From Octopus bimaculoides (Eukaryota), in assembly GCF_001194135.2 (NCBI RefSeq), contig NC_068986.1, positions 95,846,310-95,879,253 of the forward strand: a stretch of 32,944 nt of DNA, read 5' to 3'. Both the position numbers and the translations under genes were made by a program. Below the pieces are notes generated by a model. It was not told the origin of the DNA and did no database searches. It was given only the letters and a program-made list of their open reading frames with translations. Of this stretch, positions 30,287-32,944 are shown in pieces (the first letter of the stretch is position 1; each line of letters begins with the position of its first letter).

Positions 30287-31259
30287 TTAAACCAGAAACT
30301 TTTGAATCTTAAATTTTTCTTTTCTTTGTGTATCATACTATAATGATTTCAAGTTCATGTGCAAATACTGGAACATTCGCTGACAAAAAGTAGCACCGTT
30401 TCAAGACAACAGACAAATATCAATGCATAGATCTAGAGTTAATTATAATCTATAGAATAATTAATAACCTAGTTGATATTCCTTTAAAAAATGTTTTTAA
30501 ATTTTAAAAGTTACATACCTTTCAATCTACCTGTAAATGTTTCTATTCAAATAGAATCACTGACTTTTGGAATGGATTACCAAATAATATAGTCTAGCAG
30601 TCTTCACTTGCACATTTCAAAATTGTGTTGGTCAAAACCTAAAGGATATGTATTCACTAATGCTGCACAGGTTCTCAATTTTTGTTTTATGGTACCCTTA
30701 ATTATGTATACAATGCACTGCAGTGCCCCCAACCCACCCTTTCATATCCTCACCAAATTCCATGGCACTCTATTTCTATTGCAAAGGATTAAGTGTGACA
30801 GGAAAAAAGAAGGTTAATATAAGTACCTTATACTACTTACTATAACACAATAAACTTTATTACATTGTGATTGCTGAGTTATGATAAATGACATCCATAA
30901 CAGCTTGCAGGACACCAATCATACCTCAGATACTATTCATGCAAATTCTAACTCAAAATATTCCACAAGTTGTGAAGAAGTTTCAAAAACATCTTTACAG
31001 ATGGCAGTTGTTTCCAATTCCTTTATCTTCATCCTCATCACTGTTTTAACATCCACTTTTCCATGTTTGCACGGGTCAGATGGAATTCATTAAGGCAGAT
31101 TTTCTATAACAGGATGCCTTACCTATCACCAACCTTCACATGTTTCCAAGCATGGTATCTTTTTTTCCCCATGGTCAGGCAGGTTTCCATGGAAGATTGG
31201 AAACAAGCAACACCACATGTGTGATGGTGAATCTCATTTATAAATATGCAATATCAAGA

Positions 31260-31445
31260 CAAACACTCATATATAAGAAGGTTCTCTCAATTTCTGCTCA
31301 TCAATTCCACTTATATTCATTCACAAGGCTTTGTGAATTCAAGGTGATAATAGAAGAAATTTACCTATGGTATACTCCAATAGGATTGAACCTGAAACAA
31401 TGTGGTTGGGAAACAAGCTTCTTAACCACACAGTCATGCTTGCCT
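31260..31445 (-). mobile_element. Degraded SINE A1 5' part, inverted
   Basis: TCACAAGGCTTTG...GGATTGAACC...ATGTGGTTGGGAAACAAGCTTCTTAACCACACAG. Confidence 0.7.
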
Positions 31446-31502
31446 TGAGGAACAAAAATTGGCTGGATATATCCTCTTGCTAAACAACCCTAATAAATCA
31501 CA

Positions 31503-31714
31503 TTAAACCTTCAGCATTCAGATTAGTCAATCAAATGTAATGCTTATCTATTCAATTTGTTTTGAATTAATTGTGCTTTATTTCATAGCTTTAAGATTTC
31601 CACAATGTGATAGTTTATTTTAGAATGACATTTCAAGTGTGAGAGGTCAGATCTGGCTGGTTTGAATATAAAACACATAAAATATTTAGGCTCGATATGG
31701 CCTGTTTAAATGCC
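31503..31714. mobile_element. Second, inverted and truncated copy of the piggyBac-type MITE
   Basis: TTAAACCTTCAGCATTCAGATT...GTGTGAGAGG..AGATCTGG...ATATTTAGGC...TTTAAATGC is the reverse complement of 30069-30286. Confidence 0.75.
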
Positions 31715-32944
31715 GAATATTTCGCAATTGTGCCAGTTGCTCCATCAACTTGAGGGACATTCAATGATGGAATGAATGAGGAATTAAGTTGTCACTTCAT
31801 CACAATGTAATGGCCAGCTTTTTGCTGACAGTTAGTTTAATGTGTACTGAAAAAGACTTAGTGGTCAGCTTTTTGAAGAGTCTGGTTATTTCTCAAAAAT
31901 CTCCGAAATAGCAGTAACAAGTCCTGATTTCAAATTTTAAGCAAAGATTTACGATGGCTGGATTTGCAATTCAGTCTCTCGTAAGTATTCTCTTCTATAT
32001 CTACTGACAACTCAACCACACACCTACATACTATATCATTTCATAGTGCTATCTTTTCAGTTTTATTGGTGACCTCATTCTCAAACTTAGTTCATATCCT
32101 ATCTTTACAAACAAGTTGGATCAACTTTTCCTCAATGCTGTGGGTCTTAATTCATAGCAAGCTGTTCTGAAGCAACAAAGCTAGCTACCAGAACACTTTC
32201 TGAATTCTTGATTTTTTTATCATTTTTTATTAAAGTAGAGCCTTGTTTTTAAAGATCCGTGATAAGTGTCTTAATGTAATCAACCTATTTCTCACAAAAT
32301 GTGCGTTTAATTGTGATATAGCACTGCAATTTATTTTGTAGTTTTGCCTTGTTGGTCAGTGGTCAATTTCTCCCCACAGAGCAGATTTTCCCTAGTGAAA
32401 CCGAATGGTAGATAAGATTCGAAATATGGCTTACTCTTCTGGCCTTTACGTGCTTTTCTTGAGGTCTTGCGACTGTTAGGACTAGTTGACACTGTTGCCA
32501 CCCTCAGTTACAAAGATCATTTACAGATGGATATGAACAATCTATTGTAAAATCATGTCTGCCACATTATCTGTAAAGTGCCTAATATGAACAACAAATC
32601 TATCTATTTTGACAAAACTTTTGCCTGAAAGGCAAACTATGACCACTAACATATCAATTTTATTGACTGTCCATTAAAACGGGGGGAAAAAACAAAAAGA
32701 AAAACTGAATTACCGATATTGTAGTTGAAGGGAGCTAACTTTTACTGTTTACGCAAATTATTTAATCTATATCTATATATATATATATATATTACGGAGA
32801 TGTACTTGCATAGCAAGTGACCTGATCTGAGATCGTGTGCTGGAACGAAAACAATTGCAGCGTGGAAGGTGTTTATAAGCCATTTAAAATAATACACAAA
32901 ATCCGTTAGATTCACTTCAACATTTAAATTTAATTTGTCAAAAT

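Noticed and set aside
30519-30530. 12-nt - strand microexon (CATTTACAG|GTAGATTGAAAG|GTATGT) for the convergent gene
   Set aside because: The phase needed to join the 30037 exon gives GTA GAT TGA, an in-frame stop.
31955-32075. + strand mini-gene ATG GCT GGA...CTC|GTAAGT...TTTTCAG
   Set aside because: Splicing yields only MAGFAIQSLFYW*, which is too short and unsupported.
32435-32570. Possible upstream - strand exon ending at GTAAGC (VATVSTSPNSRKTSRKARKGQK)
   Set aside because: All frames from the nearest good acceptor hit stops, so it could not be linked to the downstream exons.
32785-32944. Start of another interspersed repeat at the window edge
   Set aside because: It looks familiar as an octopus repeat but is cut by the window boundary and has no second copy here, so it was not classified.

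Overview
Eukaryotic, AT-rich, microsatellite-dense genomic DNA. The SINE and microsatellite landscape looks like an octopod cephalopod (Octopus-like); this is an inference from remembered repeat families, not a search result. The main feature is a complete 10-exon + strand pecanex-like protein 4 (PCNX4) coding sequence: join(7417..8114,9825..10004,12943..13766,16111..16244,17488..17971,19695..20550,21298..21659,23677..23797,24535..24721,25432..25683) = 4098 nt, 1365 aa. All nine introns are GT-AG and all phases close. The last two coding exons of an unidentified convergent - strand gene (30037..29845 and 29637..29579) are not shown by the ORF track. Introns and flanks hold many mobile-element relics: tRNA-derived SINEs, a (GAT)n-tailed retroposon, RTE, Tx1/L1, R4/Dong and Penelope fragments, and hAT- and piggyBac-type MITEs. 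The best leads are (1) a tRNA-headed element carrying a degenerate minimal hammerhead-ribozyme core, (2) inverted SINEs bracketing exons 4-7, which would give an in-frame, stop-free 1836-nt circle, (3) an R4/Dong remnant embedded in AAT microsatellite next to a splice acceptor, (4) a ~107-aa microsatellite-like insertion in exon 3, and (5) the unidentified convergent gene. No rRNA, functional tRNA or CRISPR array was seen. None of the leads is a demonstrated new system; all need checking.
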